DNA of 64,000 nucleotides from contig NW_027361738.1 of assembly GCF_039654945.1 (NCBI RefSeq), forward strand, positions 20,832,001 to 20,896,000. The letters are read 5' to 3'. Within the stretch, counting starts at the first letter, position 1, and each line of letters starts with the position of its first letter. Position numbers and translations under genes: made by a program. The notes under the pieces are model-generated. The model was not told the DNA's origin, ran no database searches, and was given only the letters and a program-made list of their open reading frames with translations. This document shows, piece by piece, positions 38,420 through 51,010 of this stretch. This stretch comes from Dendrobates tinctorius. Its lineage: Eukaryota.

Positions 38420-39135
38420 CCAATGTCTCCACTCCCTCCAAAATTAGCTATAAATTTACGATAAAAATTAGCAAAACCCAAAAACTTCTGGAGGGCCTTC
38501 AAAGAAGTGGGCTGAACCCAATCATAAATGGCCTGTACCTTGGCCGGGTCCATTTCAATAGTTGACAGAGACAAAATAAATCCCAAAAATGAAATCCTCT
38601 GTACACCAAAAAGGCATTTCGACCCCTTAACATACAGGGAATTCTCCCTCAAAATCCGGAACCCAGTCCGAACATGTTCCACATGAGAGTCCCAATCCTT
38701 GGAAAAGATCAAAATATCATCCAGATAGATGATCCAAAATTTATCCACCAAGTCTCGGAAAATATCATTCATGAAGCACTGGAAGACAGAAGGGGCATTA
38801 GTGAGCCCAAAAGGCATCACCATGTACTCAAAATGTCCCTCCGGAGTATTAAACGCCATCTTCCATTCATCCCCATGCTTAATGCGAATCAGATTATATG
38901 CCCTCCTGAGGTCAAGCTTTGTAAACCAGCAAGCACCTTTAACTCTGGAGAATAGATCAGAAATCAGGGGTAACGGATACTGATATTTAACAGTAATTTT
39001 GTTGCGGGAACGATAGTCAATACAAGGCCTTAATGACCCATCTTTCTTAGCCACGAAAAAAACCCCAGCACCTAAGGGTGAAGAGGATGGTCTAATATGA
39101 CCCTTCTCCAAGGACTCCTTAATATAGGATCGCAT
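38368..39135 (-). CDS. pol: Pol fragment: reverse transcriptase
   Basis: [49 protein letters not shown]. Goes out of frame at a deletion near 38437. Confidence 0.95.
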   Translation of the reverse strand: MRSYIKESLEKGHIRPSSSPLGAGVFFVAKKDGSLRPCIDYRSRNKITVKYQYPLPLISDLFSRVKGACWFTKLDLRRAYNLIRIKHGDEWKMAFNTPEGHFEYMVMPFGLTNAPSVFQCFMNDIFRDLVDKFWIIYLDDILIFSKDWDSHVEHVRTGFRILRENSLYVKGSKCLFGVQRISFLGFILSLSTIEMDPAKVQAIYDWVQPTSLKALQKFLGFANFYRKFIANFGGSGDIGWRELNIKSWSLLTTRI

Positions 39136-39186
39136 AGCCTCGTGCTCGGGTACAGATAAATTGAAAAGTCGACCCTTGGGAAATTT

Positions 39187-40134
39187 TCACCGAGGGCTCA
39201 GCTCAATTGCACAGTCACAACTCCTATGAGGAGGCAAAGACGCAGACTCATTCTCACTAAATACATCATAATAATCAGCCAAATAGTCAGGAACATCATG
39301 CGACTGGGGAGAGGTGGAGAAAACAGGAGCATCACTAAGGGCACACCGACAACCCCAACTCACCACAGACACAGATTTCCAATCCAAAACTGGATTATGG
39401 ATTTGCAACCAGGGAAACCCCAGAACAATGGTATCATGCAAATTATGCAACACCAAAAATCTGCAATTCTCTTGATGGTCTGGGGCGACCCGCATTACCA
39501 TCTGGGTCCAAAACTGAGGTTTATTCTTCGCCAAAGGAGTAGCATCAATACCCCTCAAAGGGATAGGCGTCCGCAGAGGTGTCATAGGAAATCCACAACG
39601 TTTAGCAAAATCCAAGTCCATCAGGTTCAGAGCTGATCCCGAATCCACAAAAGCCTTAGCGGAAAATGTGGACAGGGAGCAGATCAGAGTAATTGCCAGA
39701 AGAAACTTAGGTTGAACACCACCCACAGCAAATGTGTGTGCAAAACGTTTCTCTCGTCTAGGGCAGACAGAAATAATATGCGAGGCATCACCACAGAAGA
39801 AATACAGCTTATTACGCCTTCTGAACTCCTGACGTTGCGCCCTAGACAAAACTCTATCACATTGCATAGGTTCAGACATTTGTTCAACAGGTGGCAACAC
39901 CTCTCGTGTGGTTTTGCGTTCACGCAAACGCCGATCAACCTGAATGGCTAATGACAAAGAATCGTCAAGACCAGAGGGAACAGGAAATCCCACCATAGTA
40001 TCTTTTACGGTTTCTGACAAACCCTTCCAAAAGAGAGCTGCCAAGGCACTATCATTCCAGGTAGTAAGGACCGCCCACTTTCGGAATTTTTGACAGTACA
40101 ACTCTGCAGAATCCTGACCCTGGCTCAATGCCAA
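39187..40134 (-). CDS. gag: Gag C-terminus (zinc knuckle) and aspartic protease
   Basis: L(Y)FFCGDASHIISVC knuckle with the first Cys reading Tyr; AFVDSGS protease motif; IVLGFPWL. In frame with RT across a TGA at 39187-39189. Confidence 0.88.
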   Translation of the reverse strand: MALSQGQDSAELYCQKFRKWAVLTTWNDSALAALFWKGLSETVKDTMVGFPVPSGLDDSLSLAIQVDRRLRERKTTREVLPPVEQMSEPMQCDRVLSRAQRQEFRRRNKLYFFCGDASHIISVCPRREKRFAHTFAVGGVQPKFLLAITLICSLSTFSAKAFVDSGSALNLMDLDFAKRCGFPMTPLRTPIPLRGIDATPLAKNKPQFWTQMVMRVAPDHQENCRFLVLHNLHDTIVLGFPWLQIHNPVLDWKSVSVVSWGCRCALSDAPVFSTSPQSHDVPDYLADYYDVFSENESASLPPHRSCDCAIELSPR

Positions 40135-40176
40135 CTGGGCCTTTTCAGCCTGATCAATAGCATTAGGTTCATCATA

Positions 40177-40505
40177 CTACAACCCCAAGGCCTGAAAAAA
40201 TGCATTCACATTAGTAAGAATAGGATCATCAGGTTTCAAAGAAAACGCCCAATCCTGGGGATCGCCGTACAGCAAAGAGATGACAATTTTAACCTGCTGC
40301 ACGGAGCTCCCTGACGACTTAGGCTTCAAGGCAAAAGATAATTTACAATTATTCTTAAAATTCAAAAATTTAGACTGATCCCCAAAAAACACATGAGGAG
40401 TAGGGATTTTTGGTTCAGCAGCATGGAATGAGCAAGATAGGAGGAAATTCCCCGCACTTCAGCAGTGAGCTGCTCCACACGATCAGACAATTGCTTCATC
40501 TCCAT
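40177..40505 (-). pseudogene. gag: Gag N-terminus (frameshift ~40440, nonsense TAG at 40177-40179)
   Basis: MEMKQLSDRVEQLTAEV / EPKIPTPHVFFGDQSKF...KIVISLLYGDPQDWA resembles a sushi-type capsid; in frame with the downstream gag ORF. Confidence 0.75.
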
Positions 40506-40647
40506 TGAGAAAGAAAAAAAAAATTCCCCCTACGGCCTCAGAGACATAGAGGAAAAAATATACACAAAAAAAAAAAATTCTGACAAACTCTTTTTTTTTT
40601 TTTTGCAATTCTTTCCTGCTATTGAGTACCATAGGATCTGCGGTATG

Positions 40648-40657
40648 GCTGGTGATT
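40648..40657 (-). other. Self-priming primer-binding site AATCACCAGC
   Basis: 1 nt from the 5' LTR end, no TGG, exactly complementary to GCTGGTGATT at 41320-41311 in the LTR. Confidence 0.8.
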
Positions 40658-40658
40658 C

Positions 40659-41482
40659 TGTTATGAATGAGTCACCGAAGGAGGAAAAAACAAAAATACA
40701 AGCTAAGTCCAGAAAACTAGAGAGGTTGGTAGCTATCGGATTGCAGACCCCTGATCCTATCCACAACAACTAACAGTAGCCATGGGGGGTTCCTACGATG
40801 CCCTAGATCCCTCGATCACAGCCGGAGAACTAAATAGGACTAAAGAAAGAAAGGGGAAATCTAAACTGCCCCAGAGCAGACCCCAAAGCAATAGGCAGCC
40901 CCCAACATATAATGACGGTGAAGCTAGATGAAAACACTAACACAGATAGAAAGATAGGTAGAGCAAACGAAGGGGGCCCAAGCTAACTAAAAAGGAGAGG
41001 ATAGAAAAGCTGCTGTCTGCAATCCGTAAAAAACCCTACCAAAAAATGTCCCAACTGTCTGATAGGAAAAACAGGCCCTGAAGTTGCTAGGACTTCAAAA
41101 AGACTATATCAGCACTCAGGTAAATTCTGAAGACAGAGCAAAGAGACAAACTGATCAGAGACAAAAATGGAACTCAGCACACCCCCGACCGGGGATGGCT
41201 GAACTCAAAAAAACAAGGTAAACAAAACAAAACTAATAAGTTCAATAGCAAAGCAAAAACTTATCTTTGGGAAGCAGGAATCAGACTGGTCTCCAAGAAT
41301 CCAGCAGAGAAATCACCAGCGACTCAGAAGGGCGTCGGCTGCCTTATATCCAGTCAGAATTTCCTGTTACCCAGTCATCATCTACCAGATCAGGTGTTTG
41401 GTAATCAGCCTCACTACCTTCCTTCACCAGAAGAGGGAGTTCATCAGACATCGACGGCGCAGGGGAAAATGAACTCACAACA
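40659..41482 (-). repeat. 5' LTR
   Basis: Direct repeat of 35944-36767. Confidence 0.97.
41311..41350 (-). promoter_or_regulatory. LTR TATA box (GATATAAG, 41350-41343) and predicted TSS ~41320
   Basis: The TATA lies ~28 nt upstream of the PBS-complementary decamer. Confidence 0.65.
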
Positions 41483-42081
41483 GTGGTCCCTTTGTAGAAA
41501 AACAGCCCCAAAACATGATGTTGTCACCCCCATGCTTCTCAGTTGGTATGGTGTTCTTTGGATGCAACTCAGCATTCTGTCTTCTCCAAACGCAACAAGT
41601 TTTGTTTCTACCAACAGTTCTACTTTGGTTTCATCAGACCATATGACATTCTCCCAATACTCTTCTGGATAATCCAAATGCTCTCTACCAAGCTTCAGAC
41701 AGGTCCGGACATGTACTGGCTTAAGCAGGGGGACACGTCTGGCACTGCAGGATCTGAGTCCCTGACGGGGTAGTGTGTTACTGATGGTAGCTTTTGCTAC
41801 GTGGTCCCAGTACTATGCAGGTCAATCACTAGGTCCCACCGTGTGGTTCTGGGATTTTTGCTCTCCATTCTTGTGATCATTTTGACCCCACAGGGTGAGA
41901 TCTTGCGTGGAGCCCCAGATCGAGGGAGATCATCAGTAGTCAGTTATGTCTTCCATTTTCTCATTATTGCTACCACATTCGATTTCATCACATTTAGCTG
42001 CTTACCTATTGCAGATTCAGGTACCATATTTATGTACTATTCATGGCTCTGGTGTTGTATTTATGCAGTGATGATGATTTT

Positions 42082-42352
42082 GGCTAGCACGGTGGCTCAG
42101 TGGTTAGCCTTGCAGCGCTGGAGTCCTGGGTTCAAATCCCACCAAGGACAACATCTGCAAGGAGTTTGTATGTTCTCCCCGTGTTTGCGTGGGTTTCCTC
42201 TGGGTACTACAGTTTCCTCCCACATTCAAAAGACATACTGATAGGGAATTTAGAGTGTGAGCCCCATCGGGGACTGCGATGATAATGTGTGAATACTGTA
42301 AAGCGCTGCGGAATATGTTAGTGCTATATAAAAATAAAGATTATTATTATTA
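42082..42352 (+). mobile_element. tRNA-derived V-SINE with L2-type tail
   Basis: A box TGGCTCAGTGG; B box GGTTCAAATCC; V-domain TGTTCTCCCCGTGTTTGCGTGGGTTTCCTC; AAGCGCTGCGGAATATG...(ATT)n tail. Confidence 0.9.
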
Positions 42353-44824
42353 CTGATAATGGTTCTGTGATGGATACAACACCAAAACAACCATTACTAC
42401 ATGAAGACTTAAAAAAAACCATCATCTGTGCAAGAATATGTCACCAGAAGCACTATCCATACAGGAAAATGGCTCCAGAACCACCATCAGTTTTGTTGCA
42501 AACTGTATTTGTCACATGATGGATAGAAAAACCATCAGACATATCCCTTTATCTATACTTGGGTCTGTTTAGTTTCCAATAGGATATCTGCCAAATACTG
42601 GACACCTTAATTGAATCATGGTGAAAAAATGAGCAATTCTATGTCTAGCTTTGAAAACACACTCCCCCTTTGAGCCTTACCCCTAAAATACACCACTTTT
42701 TTTTACTTATGCTGGTATTTTTGGGCTAAAAAAATTAACAATTCTAGGGGAAGTGGTTGAGGAGAGGGTGTTAGGGGACCTTTTTCCTTAGTCTCTGACC
42801 CATTCCTCTACTTAAAGGCAGAGGGTTCATCAGGGAAGCACCACTGACTTCATCTGTCTAGAGCACCAAAATCCCTTGTCCCGACCCTGGTTACAAGACT
42901 GAGGGACTTGTATAGAAAACATAAGAAATTACAAAGCTCAATTACTCTCTAAAAGGTTTGACTCTTTAATAAAATATATTACCTATCCATAGGATAAGCG
43001 ATAAATGCAAGCTCATTCAGGGTCTGACTGCTCAGACTCCCACTGATCTTGAAGGGTCTCAAACTTCACTGTTCATGAAGCATTAGTGAGCGTTTACGAG
43101 CATTACTTCATTTACTGTCTATAGGAATGGTGGACACTTAAACACTACCAGACCATTCACACACAAAGGATGATTCCATTCTTGGAATCTCTGTACCTCG
43201 ATCCCCAGCAATCATACATTTATAATAAGTTAATAAATGCTGTTTATGACATAAACCTCTTAAAGGTAGAGAACCACAGAATTGTTAAAGTAAAATTACA
43301 ACTCATTGTGTTTCGTGACTAGTGAGTGATCTTGATGTTTCCCTATGGGGGAAAAATTGCATTGGCTTAAGTTTCAAGCAATTTTTTTCAATATCTGGTA
43401 ACATGAACATGGGAAATTTGTGTTAAACCATGATTTTACTGTGACCATTGTGTGACCTAAAGTAGCAGTGAAGGAAAATCAATGAGGATTTCTACCCTTC
43501 TTTGCTATATGCTTGATGACGTGCATTTAGGGAACTATACTCTCTGATTAGTATTTGTAAAACCAAGAGAATACAAAGCCAGAACTTTTTTTTGAGACTG
43601 AGTATTTTAATGAAATCTGAGTGAGTTCAAGTTCCACACTAGCAACCAGGGCATCTATAAAAAGTGATATAACATAGCAACCAATTTACAACAAAAAGCA
43701 CTTTTGTAGTGAGCTGTTGAGTTAACATATGGCTCTCTGTGATTAATATTTTTTTCCAATGTGTTTCAGATTCTAAAAGATTCAAAGTGTCGACAAGTTC
43801 TTGGCATTGACAGATACAGACTACATTGATGAGGAGCATTTGAATTAAAATACTTTCAGTTTAACGTATTAAAGGCCCCTGTTTTTCAATGCACGATATG
43901 AAATACTATCCGAGACTTGACCTACTGAGAAAATACAAGGTCTTACCCTTTCTTAGAAAAACAGAACTGTTGATGCATATGTCGAATTAACAATTTGATA
44001 TGTTTGATGAAGGTATTTGCTCACTGTGAGAGGAATCCTTGGTGTTCTTCATAGCATTCGTAAGGATACGTGAAATCCTGAGTGTGCTTGGATTTAGAAT
44101 TCAACAACTCGGTGTAGAAGTATCTGTGTTATGTTGGATTACAATCACGTCTTGTCTGGGGATGTTGTTACATGGCTTTAACTTTGCCCACATTGAACTT
44201 ACATGAAAACATGAAAATCAACACATTTCTGAGAAATATTCTCAGTAAAAAGAAGCGATGTATTTGTTCAGCTGCCCACAAGCCCAGTGGGTTGTGTGAT
44301 GTCACTGCCCATAGTGGATTATGTAATACACACTCATTTAATGTGGTGCATAAATTGACAAAAAAAGACTGGAGCCAAGACATGTAAATGAGTAATGGGC
44401 CTTAAGAATGCATGGCATAGTCAACAATCTCTATAGAGATGATAACGCACAGCCAAAGACATTGATAAATAGCTTTTACATGGTTAAAAACTGTAGACTG
44501 CTTCAAAGTATATCATTCATTTTTTTATATTTAAATAGTACCATCCAATTTATATCATGCAAATACTATGCCCCCATATAAAATCAGTAACTTGTCCCAC
44601 AGCACTGGCTATTAACTTTGTGCTCCTTCAAGAACTTGAGTCTAGAAGCTATCGCAACCTTTGCACCCTCTACTGTATGGTTAGGATCCAGGTGGTCATA
44701 TATGCTGCATTTCCTAGATGTAGACTTTTGAACTGTGTGCTGATAGCAAACTGGATGGAACCTCACATCTGGAGTCCATAGGAAACCACGTCTGTGGTTT
44801 CCTTAAATAATTTTAAATCTTGAA

Positions 44825-45320
44825 TAATTTGACCACAGAACTGTTTTCCATTTTGCTTTAGTCCATTTTAAATGAGCTCCACAGAAGATGGCAGCGTTTA
44901 TGGATTGCGGTGATATATGGCATCTTCTTTGGATGATAGAGCTCCATCTTGCGTTTGTAGATTGCACTGTGAATTCTTTTCACAGACAATCATTTCTGGA
45001 GGTACTTCAGAGCACATTAAATTATTTGCACAACCAAATCATGCATTATTTGAATGCAGTGTCCCTAAGGGATTAGCTCATGAGTATCCAATATTGAATG
45101 TCAGCCTTGGTTATTCAAAGTATTTGCAATTTTTCATTGAGGAACATATTTCTAAAATTTTTCAAGAATTTTTAGACACAGTTTTCACAAATTGGTGAAT
45201 CTCTGACCATCTTTGCATCTATGAGACTTTGCCTCTCTAACATGCTCTTTTTATACACAGTTGAAAATTGACCCGCCAGCTCTTTTTCAATAGTTCTACT
45301 TATTTATCAAGCCTTTTCTA
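44825..45320 (-). mobile_element. Old Tc1-like transposase 5' remnant
   Basis: Minus strand reads ...HLKWTKAKWKTVLWSN, resembling the WxxVLWSDE motif. Heavily decayed. Confidence 0.65.
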
Positions 45321-46369
45321 AGAACTTCCACATGCTGAAAGCACTTCAGCCTCAGTTTTATATTAATTCAAATTGTAATTTATTGGTAATGGAGGAACAA
45401 ACTGTCATTGCATAGAAGTAGCTTGGGGGTGAAATCCAACTGACTCATTCCCTTTAAGTTTACACTTTTTATTAAAGCTGCTTGAATTTATTAATGAACC
45501 CACTCTAGTTGGATTTAAACTTTACCATCCTATTGCAACATACATCATTTCACATTAAGCTGAGAAAATATAATTAAATAAATAAAATTCCAAAGCAAAT
45601 AGTGTAGGGGTGGATTTCTAATTACTCATCATTTCTAGTGAATGTGGTAAACAATAGATGTAGGAGTTACTCAATGAATTATAGGCAAAAACTTTACATA
45701 TGAGCAAACTAAACTTTGGGACATACAACTAATCCAACTGTTTGCTCCAAAATTCTGGTGAAATATTTTTTTGAAATGTTGTAATTTGTACAATTCAAGG
45801 TTGCATAAGCATTTTTCAACTTTTGCAATTTCTATTTCAGTTCAGACAGCTCCTATAACTTTTTGGAAAGTGAAGCTAACCAGGAAGTGGCACAGCCAAC
45901 AAATTTATCATAATCTACAGTACATCACTGGACCACTGGCTTGAACCGTGCACCTCCTATGCTGCAATATTAGGCAGCTTTGTCTCTACAGCATTTGAAG
46001 AAGAATGGCACTAAGGTTGGGGGGAATCAGGAGCTAACAAGATGCTACAGTGACCCCAGCAAGCTTCAGTGCAGTGCTTACAAATTCTATTTGAAAGGAT
46101 TTGTAAGCACTGAGCATGTTCGGCTAGTGCTGCTAGACAAAGACATCAGTTGGTCCACTCGGAGGTGCTGGTTCATACAGTAAAAAAAAAAAATTATAAT
46201 TATGAGGGGAACATAGAGGAATAATATATAGTAAATACTTATCAACAAATATGGGAATAACTCCCTAGTTCTGCTGATCTGTGGTGGTCCAAAGTTGAAC
46301 CTTTGTGGATGAAATATCGATAACATACTGTTATTGTTTAAAGAGTTGTTCACAGAATCACAACTTACC

Positions 46370-48235
46370 CCACCCCCTTTTTTTCTTGTTTTTTTTTTTT
46401 AGAGAGAGTTTGCATCAGTTCACATAAAGAACATGCCTACAACTGTCAACATTTGGATTTCTTTTTATTGTGAAGCAAACATCAAATAGGACAAATTAAC
46501 TGAAAACGTAAATGTACGTAACTATTCAACCACTAAAGTCAACACTTTGCAGAGTCTCTTTTTGTGGCAAATACAGCTGCAAGTCACTGGATAAGTCTGT
46601 GAGTTTTGCATATCTTGCCTCTGGGATTTTTCCCACTCCTCAAGGCAAAACGGATCCAGCTCCTTCAAGTTATATGGTTTGTGTTCTGGCGAACAACAAT
46701 CTAAAAGTATAACCACAGAGTCTCAATTGTATTAAAGTCTGGACTTTGACTAGGCCACTTCAAAACATTTACACGTTTCCCCTTAAACCACTCAAGTGTA
46801 ACTTTAGCAGTATGCTTTGGGTCATAGTCTTGTTGGAAGCGGATCATCTGTCCCAGTCTCAAATCACTGACAGACTGAAACAGGTTTTGCTCAAGAAAAT
46901 CTCTATATTTCCATCTTCCCCTCAACTCGGACCATTTTGCTTGTCCCTGCTGCTGAAAAACATCCCCAGAGCATAATGCTGCCACCCCCATGTTTCCATG
47001 TTTCACTGTGGGGATGGTGTTTTGGGATGATGAGATGTGTTGGTTTAAAGGCAATCTGTCACCCCTTTTTTGAGATATCATATAATGATATCATTCAATT
47101 GTGTGTCACATAAGGAATCTCTTAGTACTTTTGCTTCCCCCTGACCCCGCACCTTTCATACATAAATACCTTTTTTATATTTGTTCAGATGTATGTAAAC
47201 TGCTGCTGTCCAGTCCACTGGGCGGGGCTTATTCACCTGCTCCCCCCTCCCTGTCTTGCTCTACACATTTCTTCTTGTGTAGATCAAGACAGGGGGGGAG
47301 CAGTTGAATAAGCCCTGCCCATCGGACTGGACCGTGGCAGTTTACATACATCTGAACCGATATAAAAATGGTATTTATGCTTGAAAGGTGCGGGGTCAGG
47401 GGGAAGCAAAAGTACTAAGAGAATCCTTATGTGACACACAATTGAATGATATCATTAAAGGGTATCTCAAAAAAAGGGATGACAGATTCCCTTTAACTAG
47501 GTGGGCAAAAAGTTCAATTTTAATCTCATCTGACCACAGCACCTTCCTTTATACATTTGGGGAGTCTCCCACATGTCTTATGGCAAACTCAAAACGAGCT
47601 TTATAATTTTTGTAAAAAAGGGTTTATTTACCCACTCTTCCATACAGGCTACCTCTATGTACAGCTTATTGTGGTCATATGGACAGATATTCCAGTCTCT
47701 GCTGAGAGTTTTGGTGGGAGGCCCTCTCTTGGTATGTTTGTTGTGGTAACATGTTCTTTACATTTGATGATAATGGATTTGATGGTGCTCCGGAGGAGCA
47801 TCAGACATTGGGATTTTTTTTATGACCCAACCCTAAATTGTACTTCTCAACAACTCCTTGGTCTTCATAGTGCTGTTGGATATTGGTGCCTCTTGCTTAA
47901 TGGTGTTGTAGCCTCTGTGGCCTTCAGAAAAGGTGTGTCTATACTGACAGACATGTGACACTTAGATTGCACAGGAGGACTTCCTTGCACTAAGCATGTG
48001 ACTTATGAAGGTGATTGCTTGCAAGATAAATTTTTAGGGGCTTCATAGCCAAAGGAGGGAATATATGTACACATGCCAGTTTCTGTTTAGATTTTTCTCA
48101 CTTCACTTGATCAACTTAGACTATTTAGTGCTGATGCATCACACTTAAATCGGATTACAAAAATATTTAAACACAGGTTGTAGTGTAACAAAATAGGTAA
48201 AAAGCCAAGGAAGTGAATACTTTTGCAAGCCACTA
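46370..48235 (-). mobile_element. Decayed Tc1-like transposon
   Basis: PTVKHG, FQQDYDPKHTAK, LKWPSQSPDFNTIETLW (46701-47081); right terminus GAATACTTTTGCAAGCCACT. Same family as 12531-14186. Confidence 0.88.
47049..47492. mobile_element. Kolobok/T2-type MITE, near-perfect ~444-bp palindrome
   Basis: TTAA on both sides (47045-48, 47493-96); AGGCAATCTGTCA / TGACAGATTCCCT; arms ~215 bp. Confidence 0.92.
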
Positions 48236-48515
48236 TAAATAAAAACGCGCTGTTTTTGCTCATGCACTTCAGCTGTTTTTATCTTAAGGAAACTTTGTGT
48301 CTTGAAACATCGCTATTTTAGATTATGCACTCCATAATACAAGACACAACTCTTTGGTAACAGGAATCCAGCAAAATGTTAAATTTAGCTTTCCATATGA
48401 AACATCTTAGAACTAATAAGCAATACACGAAAAGTAAAATATCTGCAAAGATATTAAATATATAGACTTAAACCTTGTAAATATGTTGAAAAAAAAAGAC
48501 GTGCTTTCCTATAAC

Positions 48516-49395
48516 TAGGGATGAGCGAGTATACTCGTTAGGGTTCGGTACTCGGTGAGTAATGTGGTACTCACGGTACTCGAATCCTAGCGAGTAAATT
48601 TCACTACTCGCCTCGCAATATTCAGATCTCCCACCGGCATGTGTTAATCAATCACAGTAAAGCCGCCGCCTTCTTTGTTGTGGCATTACTTTGATTGGCT
48701 GGCCATGCAGTGTCACTGTATTGCTGGAGCCCCTGGAGAGCGGTCGCATCAGCTGATGCGGTTGCTCTCCATGGGAGATCGACGTGGGACCCTTGTTATT
48801 AATGGGATTACGGCGGAAAGGTGAGTATAGGTTGCTTTATTATTTTAATATTTTTACAGGTGATCAATGGCTTGGGGAATTAGGTGTGTGCTATGTTATG
48901 TGTTGTATGTTATGTGTATGTACTGTATGTTATGTGTTGTATGCTCTGTGTGTTTTTTTTTCTTTTTTTTTTTACATTCACCACATTAGCCGGATGATGG
49001 GAATACTACTTTCCCATCATCCACTAATGCTGTCATTGTAGCGGGCATAGCCGGATGAGACAAGTAGTCCCATCGGGCGATGCCCGCACAGCCACCACAC
49101 AGGCCCCGCACAGAGCCAACACAGCCCGCACAGGCCCCGCACAGAGCCAGCACAGCCCACACAGGCCCGCACAGCACCGGCACAGCCCGCACAGCCCCGC
49201 ACACACACAGCCCCACAGACCCCCGCACACATTCTCCACGCACACATAGTCTCCGCCCACACACATTCTCTGCCCATTATTCGCATTTCTCATAGACTTA
49301 CACTGTACTCGCTACTCGTTACGAGTACCCGAGTATTAGGAGCTACTCGTTACGAGTACAACGAGTCTGAGTATTTCACTACTCGCTCATCCCTA
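48516..49395. mobile_element. hAT-type MITE (880 bp) with internal CACAG(G)CCC repeat (49085-49265)
   Basis: TIR TAGGGATGAGCGAGTA; TSD CCTATAAC/CCTATAAA; repeated TACTCG/CGAGTA subterminal motifs. Confidence 0.9.
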
Positions 49396-50254
49396 CCTAT
49401 AAATATGCCATATGTGCTCTTTATGGTTAAAGCATATTTCACAGACATATGCAAATAAAAACATTTCCCCAGCTGTAACATGTTCCATTATTAGGACTCT
49501 GATACCGTTATATGGGGTCTGATACATTTATAACTGGTAAACTTCAAAACACTCAAAAATCTAACAAAAGAGCGCATAGCTTATCACACAGGCGAAGATA
49601 AGAGGACAAATCTGTGACCTGTAACCCTTGTCAAAGAACGTAGATATGTTTCCTTAGTGGAATTCATTACACATCCACTGAAACATGTTCTCTAAATTTA
49701 GAATAGGCAAAGAACTGGGTTAATTTAGTACAGTTTCACGTACACTTAAAAATGACTTAATAAGGACAATGTTTAAAGATAAACAGTTTGGAAATTTGGA
49801 ATCTCTGCAGAAACATGTTTGGTATTAGGAAAAAATATTTCAGTTTGTGTCCTGTATTTAATCATTATTTTTATCTTTGGTGTATAAATGTGACTCTGGG
49901 GCAGAGTATTACCTGTGCTGGGAACATGTAGAAATTATAATTTATACATCTATCATATTCCAATGTGTAGGTTATGTCATGGATCACTGATTACTTCATG
50001 CAGTGATCACAGGATACAGTATGTATCCGCTGAGTAACATCTGAGCAGTAAAATGTTGCAATAATTTAATAATATTTACTCGGTGATTCATATTAAATTG
50101 GTCAGGGACAGGTCCTCACATCTTTTTTGCATAGCATTCGTGTTGCTCTTCCGAAAAACTAAGGCGGTGGCAGTAAAATATCTACGCACTATCACTCAGC
50201 TTCCTCTGTACCTCCAGTTCAAGTGTACAGCAAGACATGTGCTTATTTGCCACT

Positions 50255-50630
50255 AAGGTCAGGTGCAGACACCCGTAGGTTTCCTCATTCAAAAGAATCG
50301 GGTCGATTAAGCAAATTACACCCTGATCAAAGTTTGATCAGACCGTGATCATAGTGTGATCCGATTCTGTTGGATGAAAGGATGAAGAAAAAGAATTCTC
50401 CATCTTCTTCACTGTGTCACTCAGAGGTCATCCAGGTGCAGTCCGATGGTTTCCACTCACTCACTGACTTGTTGGTAGAGTGCGATTCGAATATTGGATC
50501 AAACTCATTTTTTTCCCCAGACCAGATCTGTTCAACTAAAAAATAAGGCATGTACATAGCTCTATAGCACTACATTGATCAGGGTGCGATCCGATGAAGA
50601 ACAAAAGCAGCGTTAAAAACTGTAGGTCTC
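50255..50630. mobile_element. Old Harbinger-type MITE remnant
   Basis: Similar in reverse orientation to 56571-57322 (TTCTCCATCTT, GTGCAGTCCGA motifs). Confidence 0.45.
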
Positions 50631-51010
50631 ATAAATGGAAGCGACTGCATTCACAGCGAGAGGACCCAACATAGATGTTATGGTCTTTGTACATGAAATA
50701 TACATGCAGCACAGCAGAACAATTTATATGATCTGCCAAATATATAGCATAATGAGAATAGGTGAGGAATGAAATAGCGCAATAAATCGCCGGATAATGT
50801 AGCACAGATAAAAAATATATGGACTGGTCGACACAACAAATAATTAAACTCCCATACACATTACACGATAGGTGGCTGGACCTGCTGATATTTGTAGGGT
50901 TGGCTGATAGTCTAATGTGTATGGGAGCCTTCAGACTTTTCACTGAGAGATGATGTCGGAGGAGAGAAGGATCGGCATTCAATTGATTTCTAATAGAAAT
51001 GTAAAAACAG

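Larger units (their letters stand above)
35944..41482 (-). mobile_element. Ty3/Gypsy chromovirus (Tf1/sushi group) LTR retrotransposon; both LTRs present, coding region defective
   Basis: Two 824-bp LTRs (TGTT...AACA) with ~13 substitutions by eye; GTGGTC duplicated on both flanks; gag-PR-RT-RH-IN-chromodomain order; PPT next to the 3' LTR. Confidence 0.97.
35317..42020 (-). mobile_element. Tc1-like transposon (one TIR, other end truncated), interrupted by the LTR retrotransposon
   Basis: TA|CAGTGGGGAAAAAAGTATTTAGTC terminus. Transposase motifs [11 protein letters not shown] (41444-41677) and [18 protein letters not shown] (35531-35794) lie on either side of the insertion. Confidence 0.92.

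Noticed and set aside
36679-40314. Antisense ORFs over gag-pol
   Set aside because: Shadow frames of the retrotransposon coding strand, with no independent motifs.
42085-42145. tRNA gene
   Set aside because: A and B boxes are present but the cloverleaf is incomplete and runs into a V-SINE body and tail.
43600-44400. Unique-looking sequence with TAGCAAC (RFX half-site-like) motifs and short ORFs on both strands
   Set aside because: Short motifs are expected by chance, and enhancer or exon status cannot be supported without conservation data.
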